In this document: piece by piece, positions 48,774 to 59,539 of the stretch
Layout of the letters: every line of letters starts with the position of its first letter
How positions within the stretch are numbered: the stretch's first letter is position 1
Origin: an uncultured Gemmatimonadales bacterium
Lineage (GTDB): Bacteria; Gemmatimonadota; Gemmatimonadetes; Longimicrobiales; RSA9
Direction: 5' to 3'
Length of the DNA: 64,000 bases
Assembly (NCBI GenBank): GCA_963798845.1
Contig: CAWCUS010000006.1
Coordinates: forward strand, 320,001 to 384,000
Translations under genes and position numbers: made by a program
The notes under the pieces: generated by a model
Seen by the model: the letters and a program-made list of their open reading frames with translations, nothing else
What the model was told of the DNA's origin: nothing
Database searches by the model: none

Positions 48774-50384
48774 ATGCGCACGCTACTTCCCCCGGCGGGA
48801 TTCGGTGCCGCCGTCGCGGCCGTGCTCGCCCTCTCCGGATGCGGCGCGGGTGGGGCGAGGCCGGTGCCGGCCCCGAGCCCTCGCGAGCCGGTTGCCGCGG
48901 CAGCCGGCCACGCGGCCGACCTTCCTCCCGCGCCCGATACGAGTCCGGGCATGGCGGCTGCGCCGGGCAACAGCAGTCCGGCGGCGACACCGACCGTGCC
49001 GGCGCCGTCGCTCCGGGAAGCTACGCGCCTGCTGGACTCCCTGATGGCCGCCCCGCCGCTGGGGCGTGCGCACTGGGGCGTCGCCGTCTACGATGCGGCG
49101 ACGGGTGAGGCTCTGCTGGAGCGGAACGCGGACGAGCTGTTCGTCCCGGCTTCGAACATGAAGCTGGTGACCGTGGCCGCTGCGCTCGCGCTGCTGGGCC
49201 CCGACTTCCGCTTCACCACAACGGTGGCCGCGCCCGGGCTCGCCGACGGAGCCGCGGAAGCGCTCGTGGTCCGCGGCGGTGGCGACCCGACGATCTCGCG
49301 CGCGTTCTTCCACACCCCGCTGGCGCCGTTCGATTCCCTCGCCGACTCACTGTCGGCGGCGGGATTGAAGCGCGTGGATGGCCCCCTGATCGTGGACGAG
49401 ACCCGGTTCGACAGCACTCTGGTGAGCCCGGCCTGGGAGGCGGGCGACCTGCGCTGGTACTACGCGGCCCCGGTCACCCCGCTGGCCGTGCTCGAAGGCG
49501 CCTTCCCGCTGCTCGTCGTTCCAGGCGGCGCCGGAGGCCGCGCACGCGTGAGCGTGCTGCACGAAGGGTCGCCGGTGACGCTCGACGCAAGCGTGACAAC
49601 GTCTCCGGGAAACGCCGCGTGGAACGACGTGGTGGGGTGGGTCGGGGCGACGGACACGCTGCGCGTCCGCGGGCGGATCGGCGCCGGCGCGCGCCCGGAC
49701 ACGTCGTGGCTGGCGCAGCGGGACCCCGGCCGCTGGGCCGGCCTCGCGCTTGCGGCGTCGCTTGCAAGGGCGGGGATCGACGTCGCCGGTCCGGTGATCG
49801 TGCGGTACGGCGAGCCGCCGTTTCCTGACGCTCCATCCCTCGCGGTATGGCGATCTCCGCCGCTCGTGCATATCCTCCCGCTCCCGTTGGCGCACTCGGA
49901 CAACTGGATCGCGGAGATGATCCTGAAGACGTTGGGCGCGGAGGCGGGTGACGGTGGAACATGGAGCGCCGGGACGGCCGTGGCCGAGCGGTTCATGGCC
50001 GCGGAGGTGGGGTTGGATCCCGGCGCCATGTACATGCGCGACGGCTCGGGGCTGGCTGCCCAGGACCTGGTCACGCCGCGTGCACTGGTGAGCGTGTTGC
50101 GATACGTTCGCAGCACCCCGTGGGGCGCCGCCTTTCGCGCTGCCATGGCTGCTCCCGGCGACACGGCCGGGACGCTGGAGCATCGGCTCGATGGCTACGG
50201 AGGTCGCCTGGTGGCAAAGACGGGTACGATCACGCACGTGAACGCGCTGAGCGGGTACCTGCGGACGGAAGGCGGACGGGAGCTTGTGTTCAGCGTCCTG
50301 GTCAACGCCGCCGGCCGCCCCGCCTCCGAGGTCCGCAGGGCGGTGGATCGGGTGGTGGAAGCGCTACTCCGAAGTGGGAGCTGA
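48774..50384 (+). CDS. dacB: D-alanyl-D-alanine carboxypeptidase/endopeptidase (PBP4, S13), lipoprotein
   Basis: LSGC lipobox; PASNMK (SxxK), SDN, KTG, DGSGL. Confidence 0.92.
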   Translation: MRTLLPPAGFGAAVAAVLALSGCGAGGARPVPAPSPREPVAAAAGHAADLPPAPDTSPGMAAAPGNSSPAATPTVPAPSLREATRLLDSLMAAPPLGRAHWGVAVYDAATGEALLERNADELFVPASNMKLVTVAAALALLGPDFRFTTTVAAPGLADGAAEALVVRGGGDPTISRAFFHTPLAPFDSLADSLSAAGLKRVDGPLIVDETRFDSTLVSPAWEAGDLRWYYAAPVTPLAVLEGAFPLLVVPGGAGGRARVSVLHEGSPVTLDASVTTSPGNAAWNDVVGWVGATDTLRVRGRIGAGARPDTSWLAQRDPGRWAGLALAASLARAGIDVAGPVIVRYGEPPFPDAPSLAVWRSPPLVHILPLPLAHSDNWIAEMILKTLGAEAGDGGTWSAGTAVAERFMAAEVGLDPGAMYMRDGSGLAAQDLVTPRALVSVLRYVRSTPWGAAFRAAMAAPGDTAGTLEHRLDGYGGRLVAKTGTITHVNALSGYLRTEGGRELVFSVLVNAAGRPASEVRRAVDRVVEALLRSGS

Positions 50385-50388
50385 ACAG

Positions 50389-50985
50389 ATGGACGAGAAC
50401 ACACAGGGCACGGCGGGCCGCGCAGCACCGAAGCGGGGGAAGGGGTTTCTCTGGGCGTTCCTGGCGGTGCTGATCGCGTTCGGCGCCGGGTACGGATGGC
50501 AGTGGTACGAAGGCCGCTCAATCCGCGAACAGCTGGATCGGACCGAGAAGGAGCTCCGTATCGAGCGGCTCCGGATCGGGCTCGCCCAGGCCGCCGTGGC
50601 CGCACAGTCCGGTGACTTCGAAGCCGCGCGCCGGCAGATGAGCGAATTCTTCACGCACCTCCAGGACGCCGCCGAGGACCTCCCGCCCGACCTCGCTGCC
50701 CTGGCGCAAACGATCCTGGTTCAGCGCGACGACGTCATCACCGGGCTGTCGCGCTCCAACGCGCAGTACGTGGGCGTGCTCTACGGTATGCTGAACCGGT
50801 TCGAGGCGGCCGCCCCCCAGGCCGGCGCAGAGACCCCGGAACCAGACCGGTCCGCGCCGAGCACCGCGCCTTCGGGGGTGGGAAACGAGCCGGCAGGAGG
50901 CGAGCAGGCACCCGGGACCGGCGCGGAATCCGCGGGCTCCGCGCTGCCCGCGGCCCCGCCGGCCGTCGACAGCGGCGCGCGGTGA
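50389..50985 (+). CDS. Hypothetical membrane-anchored helical protein
   Basis: N-terminal TM, coiled coil, low-complexity tail. Confidence 0.72.
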   Translation: MDENTQGTAGRAAPKRGKGFLWAFLAVLIAFGAGYGWQWYEGRSIREQLDRTEKELRIERLRIGLAQAAVAAQSGDFEAARRQMSEFFTHLQDAAEDLPPDLAALAQTILVQRDDVITGLSRSNAQYVGVLYGMLNRFEAAAPQAGAETPEPDRSAPSTAPSGVGNEPAGGEQAPGTGAESAGSALPAAPPAVDSGAR

Positions 50986-51016
50986 GCCCGTGCCGGGCCA
51001 CGCACGTCCTGGCAGC

Positions 51017-51850
51017 TCAGGACCCGGCGAGCTCGGTCGACAGCGCGGCCCTCGTGGCCCGGTAACCCTCTTCGAGGAAGTATTCGACGGCGTCGAAGTC
51101 GAAGGTCGAGTACCCTTGCAGCTTCGGGTGTACGTGTACCACCCGCGGGCCGAGCCAGGAGTCCTCCACCACCTCCCGCCGGGCGTGCGCCATGATGTCC
51201 ATGACGCGGTGGTGGATCGCGATCATCCCTTTCTCCACCGTGTCCGCGGCGTCCTTGGTCCGGCCCGCGGAGGCGTTCACGGCAATGATCAGGTCGGCCC
51301 CCCGATCCGCCGCGCGCGTGATCGGCACGGTGTCCATCACCCCCCCGTCCACCAGGTGCATCCGGTTCACCTGCGCAGGCGGGTAGAAGACCGGCAACGC
51401 CGAAGACGCGTACACCGCCTCCGCCAGGTGCACGTCCGTCCGGCCCCCGGCACCGAACCACACGGTGCGCCCGCTCTCCAGGTCGACCGCGTTGATGCTT
51501 ACCGGCAGCACCAGCTCAGACCATTCCCGCACGGGCAAGACGCGCGCGATGTACGCTCGCAACGCCTCTCCCTTGAACATCGCGGGCTGACGGATGCCGT
51601 TCGGCAGCAGCGCCCAGCGATTGATGTCCACGATGTCCTGCTTGCGGAGAGCCCGCGCGTGCCGCACCAGGTCTTCGGGAGTGGCCCCGCCGGCTATGCT
51701 GGCCGCCACGAGCGCCCCGATGCTCGTCCCCACGACTTCCGTCACCGGAATCCCCGCCTCGCGCACGGCGCGCCACGCTCCGGCGTGGGCGATCCCCTTC
51801 ACTCCGCCGCCCCCCAGGACGAGCACCACCCGCTGTGTCAATGCGGTCAT
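51017..51850 (-). CDS. Patatin-like phospholipase
   Basis: LVLGGGGVKGIAH, GTSIG, ASSALP, VDGG. Confidence 0.93.
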   Translation of the reverse strand: MTALTQRVVLVLGGGGVKGIAHAGAWRAVREAGIPVTEVVGTSIGALVAASIAGGATPEDLVRHARALRKQDIVDINRWALLPNGIRQPAMFKGEALRAYIARVLPVREWSELVLPVSINAVDLESGRTVWFGAGGRTDVHLAEAVYASSALPVFYPPAQVNRMHLVDGGVMDTVPITRAADRGADLIIAVNASAGRTKDAADTVEKGMIAIHHRVMDIMAHARREVVEDSWLGPRVVHVHPKLQGYSTFDFDAVEYFLEEGYRATRAALSTELAGS

Positions 51851-51913
51851 GCCGGCAACGTACCGCCCCGGCTCCTTCGCGGGAAGCCGGGGACCCTGGG
51901 GCGTGTTCGGGGG

Positions 51914-51942
51914 TTGCATTGGGACTGGCGGCGCGGTATGGT
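51914..51942 (+). promoter_or_regulatory. Putative sigma70 promoter of suf operon
   Basis: TTGCAT (51914-51919), 17 nt, TATGGT (51937-51942). Confidence 0.55.
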
Positions 51943-51949
51943 TGAGATC

Positions 51950-51962
51950 AAGAATCATTCTT
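51950..51962. promoter_or_regulatory. Putative Fur-family (Fur/PerR/Irr-like) operator
   Basis: AT-rich palindrome AAGAAT-C-ATTCTT just downstream of the -10 element. Confidence 0.5.
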
Positions 51963-52042
51963 TGTAACGAGCGCACCGCCCGGCAGGCCCGCCACGGGGC
52001 GGGTTTTGTTTGCACGGCAGTGGAGGAATCGAGCGCGGAGAC

Positions 52043-52813
52043 ATGGCGATCCTGAAGATCGAGGACCTGCGGGCGAAGGTCGCAGGAGACGAGGGGCAGG
52101 AGATCCTGCGGGGGTTGAGCCTGGAGGTGGAGGCCGGGAAGATCCACGCGATCATGGGCCCGAACGGGTCCGGGAAGAGCACGCTGGCCAAGGCGCTGGC
52201 GGGGCATCCCTCGTACGAGGTGACCGGAGGTCGGGTCGAGTTCGAGGGCGAGGACCTGCTGGCTCTGGCGGCGGATGAGCGGGCGCGGGCGGGCGTGTTC
52301 CTTGCTTTCCAGTACCCTGTGGAGATCCCGGGCGTGTCCATCGCGAACTTCCTGCGAACGGCGATCCAGGCGAAGCGTGGCGACGAGGAAGTGGACCTGT
52401 TCGAGTTCCAGCAGGAGCTGATGGAGAAGATGGCGCTGCTGGAGATGGACCCGGCGTTCGCGGTGCGGAGCGTGAATCAGGGGTTCAGCGGTGGCGAGAA
52501 GAAGCGAAACGAGATCCTGCAGCTCGCGATGCTGGAGCCGAAGCTGGCGATCCTGGACGAGACGGACTCGGGCCTGGACATCGACGCGCTGAAGGTGGTG
52601 GCGAGCGGGGTGAACAGGATCCATGACCAGCGCGAGGACATGGGAGTGCTGCTGATCACGCACTATCAGCGCCTGCTGAATTACATCAGGCCCGATGTCG
52701 TGCACGTGATGGTGCGGGGCCGGATCGTTGAGAGTGGCGGCGCGGATCTGGCGCTCAAGCTGGAGGAGCAGGGCTACGAGGCCTGGCGAGAGGAGGAGGC
52801 GGCGGGGGTCTGA
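52043..52813 (+). CDS. sufC: Fe-S cluster assembly ATPase
   Basis: [57 protein letters not shown]. Confidence 0.97.
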   Translation: MAILKIEDLRAKVAGDEGQEILRGLSLEVEAGKIHAIMGPNGSGKSTLAKALAGHPSYEVTGGRVEFEGEDLLALAADERARAGVFLAFQYPVEIPGVSIANFLRTAIQAKRGDEEVDLFEFQQELMEKMALLEMDPAFAVRSVNQGFSGGEKKRNEILQLAMLEPKLAILDETDSGLDIDALKVVASGVNRIHDQREDMGVLLITHYQRLLNYIRPDVVHVMVRGRIVESGGADLALKLEEQGYEAWREEEAAGV

Positions 52814-52930
52814 GCGCGTCCCGTATAACGGTGGTGCGGGACGGCGCGCCTTTCGAACGGCGGCGCCGCTTCGCGGCTGTCGAGGGCGGGGCCGGCGGAA
52901 CGGCGGATCAGGAGGGTATTGCGGGGCTGA

Positions 52931-53021
52931 GATCGAATCCCGCAGCGCGGGTCGCGACGGCGAAGCCGGAGCGATCGAATCCCGCAGCGCGGGTCGCGAC
53001 GGCGAAGCCGGAGCGATCGAA
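52931..53021. repeat. 42-bp direct repeat x2 plus partial third, REP-like
   Basis: GATCGAATCCCGCAGCGCGGGTCGCGACGGCGAAGCCGGAGC at 52931 and 52973; GATCGAA at 53015. Confidence 0.9.
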
Positions 53022-53139
53022 CTCCGCGTAGCGGGCTGCCGGAGGCATGGACCGCCATCCGGCGCCAACGGAACGTCGGCTGCCGGGTAGCAGAGGGAAG
53101 ACGACAAGCAGTGCCCACACGGGTGGAAGGCGAGAAGCT

Positions 53140-54555
53140 ATGCCGTACGACGACACAGTCGCGAATCTGGGGCTCGAGGACTACAAGTACGGGTTCCGAA
53201 CGGACGACCAGGTGGTCTTCCGGGCCGAGCCGGGCCTCAGCGAGGACGTGGTTCGCCAGATCTCGGCGAACAAGGGCGAGCCGGACTGGATGCTGGATTT
53301 CCGGCTGAAGGCGCTGGAAGTCTACCACCGGAAGCCGATCCCGACGTGGGGCGCGGACCTGACGGGTCTCGAGGAGGTGCTGGACAGCATCTACTACTAC
53401 GTCCGGCCGCAGGAGAAGATGGAGCGGTCATGGGAGGACGTGCCGGAGAACATCAAGAAGACGTTCCAGCGGCTCGGGATCCCGGAGGCAGAGCAGAAGG
53501 TGCTGGCGGGTGTCGGTGCGCAGTACGAGTCGGAGATGGTGTACCACTCGCTGAAGAAGGAGTGGGAAAACAAGGGGATCATCTTCGAGTCTATCGAGAA
53601 CGGGCTGCGTCTCTATCCCGAGCTCTTCCGCGAGCACTTCTCCACGGTCGTTCCGCCGGCCGACAACAAGTTCGCGGCGCTGAACTCGGCCGTGTGGTCC
53701 GGGGGGTCGTTCGTCTACATCCCGAAGGGCGTGAAGATCGACACGCCCCTCCAGGCGTACTTCCGTGTGAACCAGGAGCGGATGGGCCAGTTCGAGCGCA
53801 CGCTGATCATCGTGGAGGAGGGGGCGGACGCGCAGTACATCGAGGGGTGCACGGCGCCGGTCTACTCGACGGAGTCGTTCCACAGCGGCGTGATCGAGAT
53901 CATCATCAAGGACAACGCCCGTTTCCGCTACGTCACGATCCAGAACTGGTCGAACAACATGTACAACCTGGTCACCCAGCGGGCGCTGGTGGGCCGGAAC
54001 GGGCACATGGAGTGGATCGACGGGAACCTGGGGTCGAAAGCGACGATGAAGTACCCGTCGTGCTACCTGATGGGCGAGGGTGCGCACGGCTCGATCCTGA
54101 GCATCGCGTACGCGGGCAACGGGCAGCACCAGGACACGGGCGGGAAGGTGGTGCACGCGGCGCCCAACACGACGTCGCAGATCATCTCGAAATCGATCTC
54201 GGTGGGCACAGGCCGCTCGACGTACCGGGGTCTGGCGAAGGTGTACGAGGGAGCGACGCGGGCGAAGAGCAACGTGGAGTGTGACGCTCTGCTGCTGAAC
54301 GAGACGAGCCGCACGGACACGTTCCCGTACATCGAGATCGAGGAGAACAGCGCGAGCATCGGGCACGAGGCGAGCGTGTCGAAGATCGGCGAAGAGCAGC
54401 TCTTCTACCTGATGAGCCGCGGTCTGGCGGAGGACGAGGCCGCCGCGCTGATCGTGCGCGGCTTCATCGAGCCGATCTCCAAGGAGCTCCCGCTGGAGTA
54501 CGCGGTGGAGCTCAACCGTCTGATCGAGCTGGAGATGGAGGGCAGCGTTGGCTGA
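53140..54555 (+). CDS. sufB: Fe-S cluster assembly protein
   Basis: [64 protein letters not shown]. Confidence 0.97.
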   Translation: MPYDDTVANLGLEDYKYGFRTDDQVVFRAEPGLSEDVVRQISANKGEPDWMLDFRLKALEVYHRKPIPTWGADLTGLEEVLDSIYYYVRPQEKMERSWEDVPENIKKTFQRLGIPEAEQKVLAGVGAQYESEMVYHSLKKEWENKGIIFESIENGLRLYPELFREHFSTVVPPADNKFAALNSAVWSGGSFVYIPKGVKIDTPLQAYFRVNQERMGQFERTLIIVEEGADAQYIEGCTAPVYSTESFHSGVIEIIIKDNARFRYVTIQNWSNNMYNLVTQRALVGRNGHMEWIDGNLGSKATMKYPSCYLMGEGAHGSILSIAYAGNGQHQDTGGKVVHAAPNTTSQIISKSISVGTGRSTYRGLAKVYEGATRAKSNVECDALLLNETSRTDTFPYIEIEENSASIGHEASVSKIGEEQLFYLMSRGLAEDEAAALIVRGFIEPISKELPLEYAVELNRLIELEMEGSVG

Positions 54556-55858
54556 GGTCGCAGCGCCCCCGAGGGGGCTGACGGGCATAAGACGGGAGGA
54601 GGCGCTGGACCTGGCCGACGGGCACCCGGACTGGCTGCGGTCGCTGCGCAAGGAAGCGTTCGATGCGTTCGAGCGCCTGGACTATCCCACGCGCAAGCTG
54701 GAGGAGTGGCGGTACACGGAGGTGAGCCAGCTGAAGCTGGACGCCGTCCGCCCCGCTTCGAGGGCCGGGGGCCCGCCACCGGCGGAGGCGAGGACGCTGC
54801 TGGCCGAGAAGGACGCCGCGGCGAGAGTGCTGTTCGCGGGGGCGTCGCCGGCGGAAATCGAAGTGGATCCGGTCGTCGCCAGGCAGGGTGTGGTCGTGCA
54901 GGACCTGGCGACGGCGGCGGCGGAGCACCCCGAGCTGGTGCAAAAGCACCTGGGCTCGGCCCTGGCCATGGATGCCGACCGGCTGGCTGCGCTGAATGGC
55001 GCGTTGTGGACGGGTGGCGTCTTCGTGTACGTGCCGCCCGGGGTCAGGGTGGAGCAGCCGATCCGGGCGGCGCGCTGGCTGGGGGAGAGCGGTGTGGCCG
55101 TTTTCCCACGCACGCTCATCGTGGTGGAGGCCGGGAGCCACCTGGCGTACGTGGACGAGTTCGCTTCGCCGGACTTCGACGCCCCGGCCGTGTCGCTGGG
55201 CGCGGTGGAGGTGATCGCGGGGGAGGGCGCGGACGTGCAGTACGTGGCCGCGCAGCAGTGGGGGGCGAAGGTGCGGCACCTTTCCATGCAGCGGACGCTG
55301 GCGGCGAAAGACAGCAACCTGGACACGCTTGTGGTGAACCTGGGCGCGGAGGTCGCTCGGGTGGACCTGAACGCGCGGCTGGAGGGCCCGGGCGCCCGGA
55401 GCGAGATGCTGGGGCTCTACTTCGCCCGGGGCAGGCAGCACTTCGACCACAACACGCGGCAGGACCACGTGAGCCCGGGCGCGAACAGCGATCTGCTGTA
55501 CAAGGGTGCGCTGTACGACCGCTCGAAGGCGATCTTCCGTGGGGTGATCAGGGTCTTCCCGGGCGCGCAGAAGACTGACGCGTATCAGACCAACCGCAAC
55601 CTCCTGCTGAGCGAGGAAGCGGAAGCGGTCTCGCTCCCGAACCTGGAGATCGAAGCGGACGACGTGAAATGCTCCCACGGCGCCACGGTGGGGCACCTGG
55701 ACGACGAGGAGATGTTCTACCTTCTGAGCCGCGGGCTCAACAAGGAGCAGGCAGAGCGGCTGGTGATCTTCGGCTTCTTCGGCGAGGTGCTGGACCGGCT
55801 CCCGCTTCCCGGTGTGGTGGCGGAGCTCAAATCGGCGATCGAAGCCAAGATCCGCTGA
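54548..55858 (+). CDS. sufD: Fe-S cluster assembly protein
   Basis: [50 protein letters not shown] start. Confidence 0.95.
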   Translation: MAEVAAPPRGLTGIRREEALDLADGHPDWLRSLRKEAFDAFERLDYPTRKLEEWRYTEVSQLKLDAVRPASRAGGPPPAEARTLLAEKDAAARVLFAGASPAEIEVDPVVARQGVVVQDLATAAAEHPELVQKHLGSALAMDADRLAALNGALWTGGVFVYVPPGVRVEQPIRAARWLGESGVAVFPRTLIVVEAGSHLAYVDEFASPDFDAPAVSLGAVEVIAGEGADVQYVAAQQWGAKVRHLSMQRTLAAKDSNLDTLVVNLGAEVARVDLNARLEGPGARSEMLGLYFARGRQHFDHNTRQDHVSPGANSDLLYKGALYDRSKAIFRGVIRVFPGAQKTDAYQTNRNLLLSEEAEAVSLPNLEIEADDVKCSHGATVGHLDDEEMFYLLSRGLNKEQAERLVIFGFFGEVLDRLPLPGVVAELKSAIEAKIR

Positions 55859-56169
55859 TGGTGTGGATACAGGTGGCCACGACGGCCGACCTCCCCGAGC
55901 GGGGAATCGTGGCCGTCGAGGCCGACGGGGAAAACATCGCGCTGATCGCGACCGGCGGGGGCGCGTACTACGCGCTGAAGGACCGGTGCTCGCACGCGAA
56001 CTATCCGCTCTCGGACGGCGAGCTGATCGACGATGAGCGGCTGGAGTGCCAGTATCACGGTGCGAAGTTCGACGTGAAGAGCGGGCGGGCGCTGGCGCTG
56101 CCGGCGATCCGGCCCGTAAAGAGCTACGAGGTCAGGGTGGAAGGGGACGCCATCCTGGTGGACGTGTGA
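55858..56169 (+). CDS. Rieske-type [2Fe-2S] ferredoxin
   Basis: CSH...CQYHGAKFDV; ATG overlaps sufD stop. Confidence 0.93.
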   Translation: MVWIQVATTADLPERGIVAVEADGENIALIATGGGAYYALKDRCSHANYPLSDGELIDDERLECQYHGAKFDVKSGRALALPAIRPVKSYEVRVEGDAILVDV

Positions 56170-56173
56170 GGCG

Positions 56174-57466
56174 ATGAGCGATCGAGAACGACGGGAGAAC
56201 GGCGGGGTCACCGTCGCGGGGGCAACCGCGGCGCGCGGCCCCGATTCCATCAATGCGGCCGCGGTGCGCGAGCGCTTTCCGCTGCTGGCCCGGGGCAACG
56301 GGGGTCGGCTCGTCTACCTGGACAGCGCGGCCACGGCCCAGCGTCCGGACGCCGTGATCGAGGCCGTGTCCGAGTTCTACCGCCGGGACAACGCCAACGT
56401 CCACCGCGGCATCTACGACCTGTCCCGCCGGGCCACGGAGCGGTTCGAGTCGGCGAGGGCGGTGGTGGCGAGAATGCTGAACGCCCCGTCGTCGTCCGAA
56501 GTGGTATGGACGCGGGGCACGACGGAGTCCATCAACCTGGTGGCGGCCACATGGGGCCCGGAACACGTGGGCGAGGGCGACGAGATCGTCCTCACGCTCC
56601 TGGACCACCACTCCAACATCGTCCCCTGGCAGCTCCTGGCTCGGCGGGTGGGCGCGAAGCTCCGCTACGTAGGGATCGACGACCAGGGCCGGCTGAAGCT
56701 GGACGAGCTGGACGCGCTGCTCAACGAGCGTACCCGGCTCGTGGCGCTGAACCACGTGTCCAACGCGCTGGGCACGGTGAATCCCGTGGCGGAGGTGGCG
56801 CGGCGGGCGCACGCCGCGGGCGCGAAGGTGCTGGTGGACGGGGCGCAGGGTGCGCCGCACCTTCCGGTCGACGTGCAGGCTCTCGGCGCCGACTTCTACG
56901 CGCTGAGCGGGCACAAGATGGGCGGCCCCATGGGGATCGGGGCGCTCTGGGCCCACCGCGAGCTCCTGGATGCCATGCCGCCGTACCAGGGCGGCGGCGA
57001 GATGATCGACGTGGTGAACGCCGACGAGTCCACGTGGGCGGAAGTGCCGCACAAGTTCGAGGCAGGCACGCCCAACGTGGCCGGCGCGGTCGGAATGGCC
57101 GCGGCCGTGGAGTTCCTTTCGGAGCTGGGCTCCGAGGCGGTGGCGGCCCACGAGGCGGCGCTGGTCCGCTACGGGCTGGAGCGTCTGGGCAGCCTCGAAG
57201 GCGTGCGTCTGTTCGGCCCCACGTCGCCGGAGGACCGGATCGCGGTGTTCTCCTTCGCACTGGAAGGCGTGCACCCCCATGACGTGGCCACGATCCTGGA
57301 CGCGGAGGGGATCGCGGTGCGGGCGGGGCACCACTGCACGCAGCCGCTCATGCGCTGCCTGAAGGTGCCGGCCACGACGCGAGCGTCATGTTACGTGTAC
57401 AACACCACCGACGACCTGGACCGTCTGGCGGAGGGGCTGGAGAAGGCAAGGGCCATCTTCGGCTGA
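56174..57466 (+). CDS. sufS: Cysteine desulfurase, SufS group
   Basis: YLDSAAT, HHSNIVPWQ, DGAQ, SGHKM, FEAGTP, RAGHHC. Confidence 0.96.
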   Translation: MSDRERRENGGVTVAGATAARGPDSINAAAVRERFPLLARGNGGRLVYLDSAATAQRPDAVIEAVSEFYRRDNANVHRGIYDLSRRATERFESARAVVARMLNAPSSSEVVWTRGTTESINLVAATWGPEHVGEGDEIVLTLLDHHSNIVPWQLLARRVGAKLRYVGIDDQGRLKLDELDALLNERTRLVALNHVSNALGTVNPVAEVARRAHAAGAKVLVDGAQGAPHLPVDVQALGADFYALSGHKMGGPMGIGALWAHRELLDAMPPYQGGGEMIDVVNADESTWAEVPHKFEAGTPNVAGAVGMAAAVEFLSELGSEAVAAHEAALVRYGLERLGSLEGVRLFGPTSPEDRIAVFSFALEGVHPHDVATILDAEGIAVRAGHHCTQPLMRCLKVPATTRASCYVYNTTDDLDRLAEGLEKARAIFG

Positions 57467-57507
57467 GCCTCAGCCGCGCAACCGAGACTCGAACGCTGAA
57501 TCAACCA

Positions 57508-57963
57508 ATGGACCGATCGACGCCGGCGCTGGGAGACCTCTTCCAGGACATCATCCTCGAGCACTACAAGCGGCCGCGGAACAAGGGGACGCTGGAAGAC
57601 GCCACGGTCTCCGTGCACATGAACAACCCCACGTGCGGGGATGAAGTGATGCTGTACCTGGGGATCGAGGACGGCGTGGTGAAGGACGTGGCGTTCGAGG
57701 GGGAGGGTTGCTCGATCTCGCAGTCGTCGATCTCCATGATGACGCAGATCCTGAAGGACCAGCCGGTTGCCGACGGCCTGCGCATCGCCGGCCGGTTCAA
57801 GGAGATGATGCACGGCGACGCGGGCGCGGCGAAGGACAAGGAGCTGCGCGACGCCCGGGCGCTCGCCGGCGTGAGCAGGTTCCCGACCCGCATCAAGTGC
57901 GCGCTGCTCGGCTGGAACGCGTTCGAGGAAGCGGCCAAGCAGGCGGGGAACGGCAAGAAGTAG
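57508..57963 (+). CDS. sufU: SUF system NifU-family sulfur-transfer protein
   Basis: ILEHYKRPRN, NPTCGD, GCSIS, RIKCALL. Confidence 0.93.
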   Translation: MDRSTPALGDLFQDIILEHYKRPRNKGTLEDATVSVHMNNPTCGDEVMLYLGIEDGVVKDVAFEGEGCSISQSSISMMTQILKDQPVADGLRIAGRFKEMMHGDAGAAKDKELRDARALAGVSRFPTRIKCALLGWNAFEEAAKQAGNGKK

Positions 57964-57998
57964 CAGGCGGCAGGCGGCAGGGGCCGCCACCGTCGCAC

Positions 57999-58033
57999 CT
58001 GATCGGCGCTCACCGTTCCGGCGCGCCGATCAG
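57999..58033. terminator. Hairpin between convergent sufU and TlpA genes
   Basis: CTGATCGGCGC...GCGCCGATCAG 11-bp stem. Confidence 0.5.
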
Positions 58034-58035
58034 CT

Positions 58036-59532
58036 TCAGCGGGCGTGCGTTCCCAGCACGCTACGCAGTGTATTTTCCAGTTCGCCTCCGCGCAGCCCCT
58101 TGTCGATGGCGATCACCGAGCCGTCGGGACCCACCAGCACCGCCTCGGGCAGACCCACGACTCCATAGGCCCGGGAGAGGTCGCTGCCGAAGATCGAGTC
58201 GGGGCCGGCGAAGGAGTGCACCCACGGCATGGGCCACTCTTTCCGGAAGGCCGCGACGTCCGCGCGCTGCGCGTCGAACGAGACGCTGACAATGTCGAAC
58301 CCGCTGTCGTGGAAGTCGCGGTACGCCCTGTGAAGGCTCGGCATCTCCGCCACGCACGGCACGCACCAGGTGGCCCAGAAGTCCACGAGCCAGACTCGCC
58401 CGGCAAAGCGGGACGGTGGGATCGAGTCGCCGTCCGCGGCGAAGGGTGGGAACTGAATGTCTGGTACCCGGCTTCCGGCGTTGATGGCCACTCCGGGCGG
58501 CGCCTGGCTGGCGAAGCGGTACGCGTCGCTCGTCGGGAAGCGCTCGCCGAGCTGCTGGTAGAGCGCCAGGGCATCCTGCTGGCGACCGGCGTTCTTGGCC
58601 AGCGCCAGCCGCTCTTCCAGCGCCCATGACCGGGCCGCGCTGTCGGGGTTCTCCTCGACCACGCGCCGCAGGTACTCGTCGGCCCTGTGGTCCGCCAGCG
58701 CTTTCCGTCCGGCCGCCGCCTGTACCTCCTCACCACCGGTGGTCCCCACACCCCCTGGGGCGTCCGCTGGAGCGGCCGCCCCGTCTTCACCCGTTTCCAC
58801 GGCGTCCTCGGCCATCAGGGCCATGGCGCTGATGGTGCGCAGGTCCGTCGGGCGCCGCGCCCAAACCAGGGACGTGGGCGGGATGCCGCGGAGGGCTGCA
58901 TCGTACGTGGTGTCGGGCAGGTCGTCGCCCGTGCCCCTGAAGCCGGTGCTGGCGAGAGCGAGCCACGCCGCGGCGCGGACTTCGGCGTTCCGGTCGGTGG
59001 TGGCGATGCGTCTCAGGGAGTCCGGCCAGGCTCCGAGCGGGACGCGGAGGTCCGGCTCGCGGCCGGCTGCCACGTCCGCTTCGTACGCTTCGAACTGGCG
59101 CCGCTCCACCGCGCGGATCTGGTCGAGGATCCGGCCCCAGCGGGCCGACGCGGTCCCGGGATCGGCGGGGTGGAGGTCGGGCGCGGCGGCGGTGTCGTCG
59201 ATGACGACGTCGAAGCGATCGGTCCCGGGCTGAAGCAGGAGCGCGGCCCAGTCCCAGCGCGCGTGGTCGCCAGCGCTGTCACGGGAGAATCCGACCATTG
59301 CGGAGCCTCCGGCGGGCACCCTCCACCGAATCCGTCCCGTGGAATCGGTGCGGGCCTGGAGCGTGGTGTCGGCGGCGTCCACGATCAGGCGGCCGTACAG
59401 TCCCGCCACCGGGCGCCCGTCGGAGTCGCGGGCCACGGCGGTGATGGTGCTGGTCCGGGAGCTGCCGTGGCAGGCCACCAGGACGACCATGGCGGCCAGC
59501 CGGAGCGGGCGGAGCTCGTTGCCAGGTTTCAT
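58036..59532 (-). CDS. TlpA-family thiol:disulfide oxidoreductase lipoprotein with long N-terminal extension
   Basis: LVAC lipobox; VDFWATWCVPCVAEMP, YGVVGLP..VLVGPDG. Confidence 0.85.
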   Translation of the reverse strand: MKPGNELRPLRLAAMVVLVACHGSSRTSTITAVARDSDGRPVAGLYGRLIVDAADTTLQARTDSTGRIRWRVPAGGSAMVGFSRDSAGDHARWDWAALLLQPGTDRFDVVIDDTAAAPDLHPADPGTASARWGRILDQIRAVERRQFEAYEADVAAGREPDLRVPLGAWPDSLRRIATTDRNAEVRAAAWLALASTGFRGTGDDLPDTTYDAALRGIPPTSLVWARRPTDLRTISAMALMAEDAVETGEDGAAAPADAPGGVGTTGGEEVQAAAGRKALADHRADEYLRRVVEENPDSAARSWALEERLALAKNAGRQQDALALYQQLGERFPTSDAYRFASQAPPGVAINAGSRVPDIQFPPFAADGDSIPPSRFAGRVWLVDFWATWCVPCVAEMPSLHRAYRDFHDSGFDIVSVSFDAQRADVAAFRKEWPMPWVHSFAGPDSIFGSDLSRAYGVVGLPEAVLVGPDGSVIAIDKGLRGGELENTLRSVLGTHAR

Positions 59533-59539
59533 GACGATC

